A DNA stretch of 56,471 bases from a virus (Duplodnaviria > Caudoviricetes). Position 1 is the stretch's first letter, and every line of letters starts with the position of its first letter. The position numbers and the translations under genes were made by a program. Positions 10,401 to 17,503 of this stretch are shown in pieces. The stretch lies in IMG/VR virus record IMGVR_UViG_3300027851_000033, positions 1 through 56,471 of that record; one strand, written 5' to 3'. The notes beneath the pieces are model-generated. The model made no database searches, was not told the origin of the DNA, and was given only the letters and a program-made list of their open reading frames with translations.

Positions 10401-13400
10401 GTCAGATCGGCATCGCTGAACTGGTAGTTCAGTCCTGATTTTGCGGGGATGTCTCGTCCGGCGGGAATTCCAGTTGCTCGGCCAGCACGATTTCGCGTGC
10501 CGCCTGTATCGCGCTGTTCATTATCCCCGCTTTCTCCAGCGGGTCGTTGGTCTTTCCGTGCCCCTGGTTCGCTGCTATCTGGTGCGCCAAAGAGGTCGTC
10601 AGTGAATTGATTTCCTCCGCCCTGTCCTTGACGAACTCGTTGAGTTCCCCGTCTTCCTTGAGATCCTTGAGCAGTTCCGGAGCCTTGTTCTTGAGCGCTG
10701 CCAGAACCAGTTGTTCCATATTGTCCACTTGAGTCACTCCTTGACTTATTCTCAGTTTCAGTATATCCAGAATCTGATTTTTCTGCTACACTATCGCTGG
10801 AGGTTGATGATATGAAAGTTCCTGACAAATTCCCTGATGGATGCAAGTTCGGAATGGACTTGACCGATGACGACGGTGTTGAGTTGTTGTATGTCGAATT
10901 CCCAGGCGGAGAGAGATTCGTACTCAACGAAAAGTCACCTTGGGATGGCATGGAACCTACAACGTGGTGGCCGTTGCGCTGGTCAAAGATTTCCGAGGCT
11001 GACTTTTTAGAAGCCGCCAAGGCCGCCGCGTAAAGTTCTTTCTGCACCGAGTCTGATTCCGCTTTCTCTGGTGCTCCCTGCTGCGCGGCGCGGGAGATTT
11101 CATACAGCTTATGCCCTGATCCAGCCTTGGCGGCCATCATCGCCGGGATGTTGATCTGGATTTCGGCAACAGTTCCGTTCGGCATTGCGACATTGACAAG
11201 CACGTCCATGTAGCCGTCTGGTGATTTCTCCACAACCAGATTTGACGCATTCAGAGAAATGTCTGTTTTGTTCTTGACGCGCTGGATGGTGAATTCCTTG
11301 CCTATCTCATTCAACACAACCTTCGCGTCATCGTAGGAATTAACGACGATTGTCGAACGTATCAGGTCGCGCATCTTTGTGCTGTCAAACTTGTTATCAT
11401 TCACCAGCTTCTCGACTGACCGCTCGATTCGCTTTACAGGGGCCAGCATTTGACCGATAGCGCCTGTGCGCTTTGAAATGTCGATTATCTTTTGATCGAA
11501 AGCAACCTTGGCCTCTTCCGCAAGCTTGAGCATCGGACGAAGAATCCCGTAGCCCCTCTCCCGATCTTCTGGACTAACATGCAAGACTGGCGCTGACTCA
11601 CCATCAAAGAATTGGTCAATCATCCTTTTGGCTTTTGAAAGTATCTCTTCGCCAATGAATTTCGACTCATCCTGCGGAACGTAGTTATCTCGCTTCATGT
11701 CATACGGGCGGCCATCTATCATCGCCGTCTTGCCAGCACCGACTTTTGGTTGCGAGTCAAACAATCCACCCTGATCCGCTTTCGGTTTGCGCGCTGAAAA
11801 CAGATCGCCTTGCGGTGCAGCGTCGGTATTATCTAGTGCCTTGAGCGCAGCCTTTCGATAAGTCGCATTGTCGATCTTGTTCCAAACGGATTTGAATTCC
11901 GGGATTTTCTTGAGCGCGTTCTTGACGTGCGCCATCAACACCTTCATGTCATGGCCGACTTCGGCAATCCCTACCTCAAATAGCTTCACCAATGTCGGCA
12001 TCAGCCCTGGCGTATCCTCGGGTATCACCCGCGCTACGTTCGCATGATCCCGGACAATTGCCCCAAGATCGGCCAAGGCTTCATTCCATTGCTGGTTGAT
12101 CGCCTCGCGCCGCGCATCTACCGACACGCCTTCGGATCGCTTGACGCTAGGAAATTGATTAACCTCATCAAGTAGTTTTTTAATAGGCGCATCAAACTGG
12201 ATTACTTTTACTGGCTCATTCAAGGCCAGCGCCGCAACCCATTGATGATGTCCGTCCAATACGTGTCCATCAGATGAAGCCAGGACAGAACGATCAACCC
12301 CGTCCCGCACTTCCTTCCACGCCGCCGCCTTCTTTCTTGAAAACTCAGCCTGGGTCGGCTTAAGGTCAGCCGCTGGAATATCCAGGGTACGGCTTTCTAT
12401 GCCCCGCCCCTTGAGGAATTGAGTCAGCGCCCCGCGATGCTCGCTCTTAACCTGCGGCATTTCCGCGCGCGGAACGCCCAGCGTGCCGCTATCAGGTGGG
12501 AAAGCTACCCATTCGTTGTTGGGGTTTCCTTCGGCGGTTTCATTGCGGCTATTGCCTGCTTGATTGCCCTGCGCATCTTGGGGTTGGCTTCGATCTTCTT
12601 GAGTAACCCCATTGTTTTCGGCATCGGTACTACGGGTTGTTGGTTCGCCATTGACGGCCCTCCTCGCTACTTCCATTAAATCACTTTTGGCAGGCGTTGT
12701 CTTGCCCCCGAAAATATCCTCTTGCCCTGGATTCCCTGCCGCTGTCAGCGCATCCAAATATGACTGGATGAATTCAGCAATTCGGCGCGGGCTGCGCGCG
12801 GCTTCATTCAACAGCATCAAAATTTGCTTTGACTCTGGCGATAGCTTGTCGCCAAAAATTCCGGCCTGTGCCAGCGCATCTTCGACTGAAACACCCTTCT
12901 TCTTCAGTTCTGATAATTCCTCTACCGCCGCCATCAGGTCGGGCGTAATATCCGCATCATGCAGTGCCCCTTCGCCAATGGCCTCGCGTGCCTTGGCGAT
13001 GTTTGGTGCAACACGCAGTAGCGCCTTGCTCACATTACGCAAGTCGTCGTCGACGCTCTCCACCATGCGCAACAGGACGGGGGAATCCCCATAGGCTTTA
13101 GCCAGTACCGCATTGCGGATGCGCGTGTATCCTGTCTGCGAAAGCTGCCCGGACGAATCAATCAGCCCGGACTGCTCGGTCACTGGCAACTTGGCCATGA
13201 AGCGCCGCACGAAGGGCCGCGACGTACCTGACATGAAGTCGCCCTGCTCATCAGGATTCAGGTCATCCAAGCTGTCCATCTGCATTGCATCCGACTTGGC
13301 TTGTTCGCTGGGACTCATGCGCGCCACCGTTGAGGCGTTGGCTTGACGCGCGAACTCTGCTCGATTTACCGGGGTTTGCCTGATACGCACCAGCACAGGC

Positions 13401-15271
13401 TTTTGCATGGCGTCGACGGATTCAGGCGCAATACCGAAACGACTGGCGTTGTCCTTGATAAACTGCTTGTAGTCGCTGGCCTTTTGTCCGTTCGCCTGAT
13501 AAACACGTTTGAGCGCAATCGTGCGGGCGTTGCCTGATTCGACCAGTCCATCAGCGCCGACAATGGGCGCACCTGTCGCTACATCACCCGATTCACCCAA
13601 GCGTGCCGGATCAAGTCTGCCGACAATCTGCTGCACCTGCATTTCAGAGGCATGGCGCTCACGCTCGCGTGGCTGCAACTCCGTTGGGTACGTTTGTACA
13701 GGGCGTAGATTCTCATCGTGTGATGTCGTTAAATCACCGGCCTCCATTAAGGCATACTGCCCATTCAGCCGAGCCCCCGTCTCCGTTGAGAATGAAGTCT
13801 CTGCGCCCGGTGCCGCCTTTGGCCAAGACTCAGTAATGTGCTCGCGCTCATTGGTCAGTGCGTCTATCTCAGCCTGCGGCATATCGGGGGCGGATACGAG
13901 GCTGGTATCAATCTCATTCACCCGATCCAGAGCCGTCAGACTCTTTGGTGTGTAGAGCGCTTTGTCTGATTCTGTGGGCTGTACTGCACTGATGGGCTGC
14001 TCAGGCGCACCATAAATATCATCGGCAGAAACTTGTTCGCCAGTGGATTGATCGCCTGTCTCATTAGCGCCCACATTCTGATTATTCCTGTAGCCCCTGA
14101 CAATACCGCCACTGCCACCAAACACCCCGCCAGTGGCTGCCCCCACCGCCATGCCTTCCATGGCTTGAGACAAAACGCCATCAGTGGCATCTATCGCTGG
14201 GTCGATATACTTTTTCTTGGCTAGATTGGTGATATAGGCTTCCCCGCCAGACTGAGGAAACTCCTGAATAGCTTCTTCCTTTGACCCGCGAATGAATCCC
14301 TTTGCCCCCTCGATTAGCGCACCTTTCCCCCCGCTTGCCTTGACTGCGCGCGCGGCCCCGCCTAATGCCCCACCACCAGTAAGAATGCCAAAGCCGCCAG
14401 TAGAAATTGCTGTTCTTACCGCAACATCTTCAGCCGCTTCCTTGGCCAATCTGTTGCGCGCGGCCTCCATGTCGCCACCCGCTTCATCCGTATATTTAGC
14501 GAACAGCGGCGATGTTTCCGCCAGTTGATCAAACGGTATCTGCTCGATCTCAGAACGTATTTGGGCCGAGCTCTGTAACCCAGCCAATGCGCCTTCAGCG
14601 CCGCCGTATCCAATAGCTGTTGGAGCCAATGCCAGCGCACGATCAGTCAGTGCGCGGGTGATCCCTTGCTGTGCAATAGCCTGTCTGATTGAGTTGCCGC
14701 CAATCGGAGAAGCAGCGCCTGAGATGATTTTTCCGGCAACGCCTGGAATAACTGTACCACCGACCTTCGCAATACCACTGGCAACTGCACCACCAACAGG
14801 AGCAGTAACTACCATGCCAGGTAATGACCGCAATGCTTTTTGCCCTAGCGACGGTAGAAAATCCCCATCAAGATTAGGCACAACCCCGTCGAATAACTGC
14901 TTCTGATCCAGAGCCTGACCGCGCTCTGACATCGAATCGCTATATTCCTTGCCAATCTTTTGCTGGAATGTCCGCATATCGCGGCCAAATTCTTGCGCAT
15001 TGGGCGAGTCTGTTTTTTCGCCATAGAACTCAATGCCTGCCCCAATCGCATCACCAACACCGGCATGGACTCCGCCCATGATGGCCTTGCCACTATCTTT
15101 GATGGCATCCGTCCATGAGCGATTATCTTGTTCTACATGATCGCTTTTGGCATCATCCTGAACTCCTGTTTGCTGCTGCGCAAAAGACAGAATTTCATCT
15201 TCACTTGCACCGTCAGGCGCTGTAACCTCAAACCGTTTTCCATCCGGGGAAGTGATTTCAAACTTAGCCAT
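1424..15271 (-). CDS. Giant polyvalent DarB-like virion protein (4615 aa): DdrB-like ParB, ParB-like, RelA/SpoT-like nucleotidyltransferase, N6-adenine methyltransferase, SNF2 helicase, two HExxH zincin-like domains
   Basis: Motifs GAPIVGADGLVESGNART, VLDGHHQW, RDLIRSTI/GYMDV/EIQI/HKLYE, LEPGAGIG and NPPF, HSVGAGKT and DEAH, HELAH and HEITH. It is the last gene of the virion module. Confidence 0.9.
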   Translation of the reverse strand: MAKFEITSPDGKRFEVTAPDGASEDEILSFAQQQTGVQDDAKSDHVEQDNRSWTDAIKDSGKAIMGGVHAGVGDAIGAGIEFYGEKTDSPNAQEFGRDMRTFQQKIGKEYSDSMSERGQALDQKQLFDGVVPNLDGDFLPSLGQKALRSLPGMVVTAPVGGAVASGIAKVGGTVIPGVAGKIISGAASPIGGNSIRQAIAQQGITRALTDRALALAPTAIGYGGAEGALAGLQSSAQIRSEIEQIPFDQLAETSPLFAKYTDEAGGDMEAARNRLAKEAAEDVAVRTAISTGGFGILTGGGALGGAARAVKASGGKGALIEGAKGFIRGSKEEAIQEFPQSGGEAYITNLAKKKYIDPAIDATDGVLSQAMEGMAVGAATGGVFGGSGGIVRGYRNNQNVGANETGDQSTGEQVSADDIYGAPEQPISAVQPTESDKALYTPKSLTALDRVNEIDTSLVSAPDMPQAEIDALTNEREHITESWPKAAPGAETSFSTETGARLNGQYALMEAGDLTTSHDENLRPVQTYPTELQPRERERHASEMQVQQIVGRLDPARLGESGDVATGAPIVGADGLVESGNARTIALKRVYQANGQKASDYKQFIKDNASRFGIAPESVDAMQKPVLVRIRQTPVNRAEFARQANASTVARMSPSEQAKSDAMQMDSLDDLNPDEQGDFMSGTSRPFVRRFMAKLPVTEQSGLIDSSGQLSQTGYTRIRNAVLAKAYGDSPVLLRMVESVDDDLRNVSKALLRVAPNIAKAREAIGEGALHDADITPDLMAAVEELSELKKKGVSVEDALAQAGIFGDKLSPESKQILMLLNEAARSPRRIAEFIQSYLDALTAAGNPGQEDIFGGKTTPAKSDLMEVARRAVNGEPTTRSTDAENNGVTQEDRSQPQDAQGNQAGNSRNETAEGNPNNEWVAFPPDSGTLGVPRAEMPQVKSEHRGALTQFLKGRGIESRTLDIPAADLKPTQAEFSRKKAAAWKEVRDGVDRSVLASSDGHVLDGHHQWVAALALNEPVKVIQFDAPIKKLLDEVNQFPSVKRSEGVSVDARREAINQQWNEALADLGAIVRDHANVARVIPEDTPGLMPTLVKLFEVGIAEVGHDMKVLMAHVKNALKKIPEFKSVWNKIDNATYRKAALKALDNTDAAPQGDLFSARKPKADQGGLFDSQPKVGAGKTAMIDGRPYDMKRDNYVPQDESKFIGEEILSKAKRMIDQFFDGESAPVLHVSPEDRERGYGILRPMLKLAEEAKVAFDQKIIDISKRTGAIGQMLAPVKRIERSVEKLVNDNKFDSTKMRDLIRSTIVVNSYDDAKVVLNEIGKEFTIQRVKNKTDISLNASNLVVEKSPDGYMDVLVNVAMPNGTVAEIQINIPAMMAAKAGSGHKLYEISRAAQQGAPEKAESDSVQKELYAAALAASKKSASEIFDQRNGHHVVGSMPSQGDFSLSTNLSPPGNSTYNNSTPSSSVKSIPNLHPSGNLSGTFISSTSSDSVAEKSDSGYTETENKSRSDSSGQYGTTGSGSAQEQGSGTAQGSQGRRGTQRVRQGQGGGNQFTDDLFGAPDSSEPGARKDQRPAGESGDNEQRDTGGTRNRAGRATGIPAGRDIPAKSGLNYQFSDADLTYEGGWLTKARQNVDAVELIKKLEAEGRQATRDEQAILAKFIGWGASGIRNQIFSTRPWELDKQWKELRERVRGLLTADEMATAERSTQYAHYTSRAVVQSMWKAMDRMGFKGGAILEPGAGIGIFPGLMTPAMATNSVYTGIEFDNITGAILKQLFPDERIAVESFVDSALPDNFYDVAIGNPPFANIPILSDPRYKRLAFSLHDYFFAKSIDKVKPGGLMVYVTSRYTMDKQGDKARKYLSDRAELIGAIRLPQTAFMKNAGTEVVTDVLFLRKFQSSPGGRLGATTDGNNTTRQPWIGVQQIETPEGQATINEYFAAHPEMVLGTHSLKGSMYGKDEYTVLPKEGDIEAQFDAAVENLPKDIYQATGTAAKAAQVREIDFNPKAQKEGNYYLSDAGILMQREGGVGVRADAGKNEKTVALLKDYVRLRDTLLQSHYDQLNDGPWEDSLKALQKTYRDFTKKHGNLLQNKAFERITKKQDEDTGETIEDTVTWRRFDLRNKISDDPDSTLVESLEVLNEETGEITPSPWLSSRILNKPSSPRIETPHDALLSVLNDTGKVDIPLIAERLGIDEQEAIAMLGTAVYESPSAGWQMADEYLSGNVKKKLKEAQESVKTDRRYERNIEALINAQPAPVPPSDITAAIGMNWIPESDYEKFLKEKAGITAKVTYNERTGQWTVEAKSGYSSAAATSDWGTLDRNAAEILQHALSGNPIRITRTEGSGVDKKSVFDAASTEAANQKLAQMREAFADWLWTDGQRTDELVRVYNDKFNTTVSRSFDGRHLTLPGKTSTINVFDHVKRGAWRIIQSGNTYLAHSVGAGKTWAAVISAMEQKRLGLVKKPMMVVPNHMLQQFAREWLQLYPTAKLMVADEKQFHTDNRRRFVSRVALSDVDGVIITHSAFKLLDLDPEFKEKMITEQLDYLRAALEEAGGEEGQRSRDPKVRDIQNRIEKMEQKLEAAMSSDGKDKNVRFDQLGVDQIYVDEAHEFRKLAFTTLRQVKGIDSSGSDRAFDLWMKTRWLEQKKPGRSLVMMSGTPITNTLAELYSVQRFMSPQALEDRGLQDFDAWASMFGQENTEIEADASGKYSQVTRFTKFVNVPEMTQMFREFSDVLTADHLAVMLGDKRPKVKNGSRSLEVTPQTEDYSAYKEALALRLEESRAWKPSQGEPNNPDPIIRIIGDGRLAAIDMRFVDPSLPSDPDSKLNKMIDGVIEVYRRTANNEYMGKDGQMEPDKGGSQMVFSDLGFGAGVTANRGFNARAWMEKRLRDAGIPAKQVAFMGDHKKSTAKLKLFKDVNAGRVRILVGSSKNMGTGVNAQQRLIALHHLDTPWYPADLEQREGRIIRQGNKNPLVEIYAFSTKGSYDAVMWQMLASKQQFIDQALSGDTSVRSIDDLSDVSQFQIATAMTAGDPRAIQLAGIKADISKYQRLFRAHEETRSRLRHDYDLAGEWIASADRQLPAAEKMAKKVVDLSGENFKARAGDKVFDKRKEWAEALLAKFKESAAHGKDGRFKIGEISSFPIEFFGKIVRDFDDKVTEYRSQLGMTLGEEAHVLVRDVNDDPVGISMRATNTLAALARKPSELKQRIEDAKAKRAALVDRLDAKFQFAQELSNRISEADALEAAMMADQASDENTDQQDNSTDTPRLSRADNPLAGGVSIASVGQEADNILGGLGNAPDVKVVWRPSDLPFDAPSDTRGAMYKGTLYLVAGGIRSAEDVREVTFHELAHFGLRGFFGSALDAALGEIHDANPRVRLMAAAWRSKNIDLIADLKSDYSLSDNDIHYISIDEALAKIAQTGESLKGWKRFAAVLQSLLRSMGLHRLANSLEAKTDAEALLMLKKAELFATRGLTAKNYMPEAAYPLFMTAYRGKAVDTKSTGRGMALRDLHAVVDRVSKGFKNLPRVHVFASPADLSTNDQTQKALRDFIKKSDAWNDVEGATHEGEIYLFASGMADEARAEHVLATHEITHYGLRGAVGKELDSALQHVLLMNAKVRKAAIQMRDARGLKSNLDAVEEVLADIPDVELAKLRGWRKVVQVVRNWLNKAGAKLLAAKLDQWLNAGLSEQQQADLYVADLLGTAREWVRSGKGGSISTGTRLSHAVSLAPTSEQRAETIIQTKAGTPRPFDVLIKGVMQAAQIDKLTMAAYNKAGFLLDRWTPETIKAGMVSDYGIPEAVIDQRAIVQGRQKRQLRAAGTLLEKLSTLTRAESRIAYEWMNTDNPQSSDWFMEQLPPESIKTLAEVEKMIDGLSKEAVRLGQLDEEAYKRNRFAYLHRSYAKHTAELTGGETAARKRAIAVLGDQYKGRGMTDAVDMAKIKNGSPEWWNRKTQQGKADKQLKGERFIRLERRASSGEGTAAIPGMSDKSKGRLLEVAYWPAGEAIPARYGAWDQMGTWEVRDTKGNNLIVWRDFTKQERELMGEIDEARYAIAKTLHGMIHDVETGKYLQWLGQNYAKIDGEAIDGKIVEASDRMRDTYKTGEWVKVPDVVVPGTKVKRYGALAGRYLPAPIWNDVRQTIGFRYQPLGETYAAIHRAWKASKTALSPAVHMNNVMANFVMADWHDVTAGHVLKALRLMTSKDAAADEVLARFGDSGGSIGTWVTKELQQEQLRPLLDALGKELGIAGNVTGQVGVMSALQLALKGRFPSAWDALKPSAAGKITVKTARAMIDLYEAEDQVFRLAAWLKAKEDGATDQVAGKVARKSFLDYNINAPWVQMMRSTALPFVAFTYRAAPMMLEIAAKKPWKLIKLGLLAGAINALGYMLSGGDEDDERKLLPEEKAGRIWGITPKLIRMPWNDANGSPVFLDIRRWIPVGDIFDAGQSHAALPILPSMTPGGPLALMAELMLNKQGFTGKSITLETDTAYEQAAKLTDYLYKAFAPNIAVLPGTYAWTGISNAGSGKTDSFGREQSLAQSIISSVGIKLGSYPPDVLRLNAQRAAQAKMMEIDKNITALKREFQKKGIDRDEFNAKAKAQIEKKQAVEKEFMERVAGS
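10429..10737 (-). CDS. Nested +1-frame gene inside the giant ORF, TnpV-like helical protein
   Basis: AAGGAG lies 8 nt before GTG at 10728. The sequence looks like a folded helical protein, while the main frame here is a low-complexity linker. Confidence 0.65.
   Translation of the reverse strand: MTQVDNMEQLVLAALKNKAPELLKDLKEDGELNEFVKDRAEEINSLTTSLAHQIAANQGHGKTNDPLEKAGIMNSAIQAAREIVLAEQLEFPPDETSPQNQD
10738..10811. promoter_or_regulatory. Putative divergent promoter/RBS region inside the giant gene
   Basis: AT-rich. Plus strand has TGc-TACACT (10784-10792) and GGAGG (10799-10803). Minus strand has TATACT (10760-10765) and AAGGAG. Confidence 0.45.
10812..11033 (+). CDS. Nested antisense gene (73 aa, acidic) abutting the RelA/SpoT-like domain
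   Basis: GGAGG-8nt-ATG and a globular-looking sequence. The main frame over it is Ser/Asn-rich, as expected for a shadow reading. Confidence 0.7.
   Translation: MKVPDKFPDGCKFGMDLTDDDGVELLYVEFPGGERFVLNEKSPWDGMEPTTWWPLRWSKISEADFLEAAKAAA
12505..12651 (-). CDS. Nested +1-frame small gene, 48 aa (MANQQPVVPMPKTMGLLKKIEANPKMRRAIKQAIAAMKPPKETPTTNG)
   Basis: GAGGAGG (12659-12665) lies 7 nt before ATG. The ORF covers the linker between the two ParB-like domains. Too short for the supplied ORF track. Confidence 0.5.
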   Translation of the reverse strand: MANQQPVVPMPKTMGLLKKIEANPKMRRAIKQAIAAMKPPKETPTTNG

Positions 15272-15300
15272 TGCGTACCCTCACCTTGAATAAGGTAACT

Positions 15301-15318
15301 GTGCCACGCATGGCGCGA
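15301..15318 (-). promoter_or_regulatory. 18-bp late-gene motif, copy 1 (GTGCCACGCATGGCGCGA)
   Basis: One of five co-oriented copies; 30 bp upstream of the giant gene. Confidence 0.6.
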
Positions 15319-15320
15319 TG

Positions 15321-16781
15321 TTATTTGATCTGTTTAATTCCCCACCCCGGCAGCGTCTTGGCTGGCTTTTTCATTTCGGCTCCGGGGGCAGGGACAGAAG
15401 AAACTACCTGCCCTTTCTCATTGATTGTCTCTATCTGTCCGGTATTCTTATTAACGCGTGTGCCGCCCATCCCGAGCGGGTTCTGTGCAAATGAATACTC
15501 GTTGGTTACTTCTTTCGGCAATGCGCTCATCACACCAGACCGTACTGCCTCAATTTGCGCAGTACTCGCGCCTGGATTCTTTTCCTTGAACAAGGCGACG
15601 GCAGCTTCGGACTTGGATTTCTCTTTAGCGTTCGCTTCTGTATCTTTATTCTTCGCACGTTCCTCTGCTGCATTACCTCTTGCATCCGCATTGGCACCGC
15701 GCTTGTCTTGATTAACGGCAAAATGCGTGTTCAGTATTTTCTCGCCATCGCCTAGAGCCGCCAATTCCGAGGCAACAATAATTGGCGGCGCTCCCTTGAT
15801 CGATATGATCCGCGTCGGCACTTGCACCCCACGAATCATGGTTGTTCCCATGCGATCTGAAATAACATCCTTTACGTCAAACTTTGATTCACCAGACTCA
15901 GCAAATGTGTCGGCAATCTTCTGTATTGGCGCACCGCTATCCGCAAGCCTCAAGGCTTTATCATAGGATTCGTTTTTCACCTTTTTCATTTTTTCCGCCA
16001 TGGCATCCCATTTTTGCGGGTCATATTTCCCGTTCTCAGCCTCAAGCGCCAAATAACTCAACGAGTCATTGATGGATTCAGCAAAGCCAAGTGTTCTTGG
16101 TGATGGTTGCTTTGGAGGCAATCCAATGGCAGCCGGGTTTTCTCCGGCCTGTATCCGTGCATCATAGGCAGCCTTTGCCGATTGATAGTCTGCCACTTGC
16201 TTTTCATTTTCAGCCTTGATCCTGCCGAAGTTGGAATTTTTTATCCAGTCGGCTGTTTTCTTCTTGAGCGCTTCTTCATTCCTTGCGTTATTGATTTGGA
16301 TCCCTGCTAACTCTTGTTGCTGAATCCCTGATTCTTGTTGGTCTGCGGCAGAGTTCCATTTAAGCGCCTTCTCTTGATCTCCGGCATTTAAGTAAGTTGC
16401 CCCCATCGCCCGCATGCTGGCCAGTCTTTGCTGCTGCGGCGTAGGCATCGCATCAAACACCTGGCCTTCGTTCCCATCGCCACGGCCAAGGTAGAACTTG
16501 GTTCCTGTTTGCGCGGCCTTCGCGTAAGCGGCACTGGCCGCAGTGCGCTCCTCTGGCGTCATGCCCGCATCGCCTACTGTACCATCAGCAATTCCTTTGG
16601 CAGCGTCCTGGTAGCTCTGCACTGTCGCAGTATCTTCCGGGTTGGTAACGATGGCCGCTTGCTTGGCCGCTTCACCTGCCTGGGCATCAGTAATATCGCC
16701 AGCAATCTTCTTGCCCATGTTGTAGGTTCCATTGAACCCTTCTAGAAATTCGTTAAACCCATTACGCCGCCGCTTTGCCAT
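15321..16781 (-). CDS. Putative internal virion/ejection protein
   Basis: 486 aa, Ala/Gln/Lys-rich helical sequence; located among ejection genes. Confidence 0.6.
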   Translation of the reverse strand: MAKRRRNGFNEFLEGFNGTYNMGKKIAGDITDAQAGEAAKQAAIVTNPEDTATVQSYQDAAKGIADGTVGDAGMTPEERTAASAAYAKAAQTGTKFYLGRGDGNEGQVFDAMPTPQQQRLASMRAMGATYLNAGDQEKALKWNSAADQQESGIQQQELAGIQINNARNEEALKKKTADWIKNSNFGRIKAENEKQVADYQSAKAAYDARIQAGENPAAIGLPPKQPSPRTLGFAESINDSLSYLALEAENGKYDPQKWDAMAEKMKKVKNESYDKALRLADSGAPIQKIADTFAESGESKFDVKDVISDRMGTTMIRGVQVPTRIISIKGAPPIIVASELAALGDGEKILNTHFAVNQDKRGANADARGNAAEERAKNKDTEANAKEKSKSEAAVALFKEKNPGASTAQIEAVRSGVMSALPKEVTNEYSFAQNPLGMGGTRVNKNTGQIETINEKGQVVSSVPAPGAEMKKPAKTLPGWGIKQIK

Positions 16782-16783
16782 GA

Positions 16784-17503
16784 TTAAATCCTCTCGTAAA
16801 CTTCGCTCTCTGATTTAATGGCAGAGCGAATCGTGTTAACTGAAAACATGAATGCCTTATGCTTTTCTGGATGACGATCCCTTAGCCAGCCAATCCGCCC
16901 ATCTGCTTCTCGCATGAATGCCGTACAGTTCCAGCAATCCATGGATGTGTCATGCTTTACTACTGAGTACCATTCCGGGATAGGCTCACCGCAAGAAGAC
17001 AGGAACTGATTAACGTCCTCATCCGACCAGTCTGCAATAGGCGAGATGTAGCGAATGCCGTCCACCATTGAATCAATAATATGTTGATTGCCGATGGCGT
17101 CCGCTTTCCTTGTTCCATGGAAAACAGTCTTTGCGCCCATGGCTTTTGTCACCTGGCTCATGGGCTTCCATAAATTATTTTCGCAGCAAGTAACAAATGG
17201 CTGCAACTTTAAGTCATTGCCCTTGCGCATATAGTGACCAAACCCGCTATGCATCACAGGTAGGACATCAACAGGCAATCCATGCGATTGAATCCATGCT
17301 GGCTGATCAGACTTGATGATATGGAATTCAGGCACGCTTGCAGCGAGATCATGGATAAACTCATCCACCTCTGGCAACTTTGCCTCAGTATCCACGTGCA
17401 AAATCTTGAACGCTCCCCAGTGCTCGCGCATAAGGTACAAGCAGGCAAGCGAGTCCTTTCCGCCAGAGAACCATAAAACCGATTTATTTGTGACGTTTAT
17501 CAT
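16784..17503 (-). CDS. PAPS reductase-family (PP-loop) protein
   Basis: WFSGGKDS, HGTRKAD, SPIADWS and terminal DCWNC motifs. Confidence 0.85.
   Translation of the reverse strand: MINVTNKSVLWFSGGKDSLACLYLMREHWGAFKILHVDTEAKLPEVDEFIHDLAASVPEFHIIKSDQPAWIQSHGLPVDVLPVMHSGFGHYMRKGNDLKLQPFVTCCENNLWKPMSQVTKAMGAKTVFHGTRKADAIGNQHIIDSMVDGIRYISPIADWSDEDVNQFLSSCGEPIPEWYSVVKHDTSMDCWNCTAFMREADGRIGWLRDRHPEKHKAFMFSVNTIRSAIKSESEVYERI

Noticed and set aside
15301-15318. Sigma54 promoter reading of the late motif (TGGCAC on minus)
   Set aside because: None of the five copies has TTGC at the -12 position.
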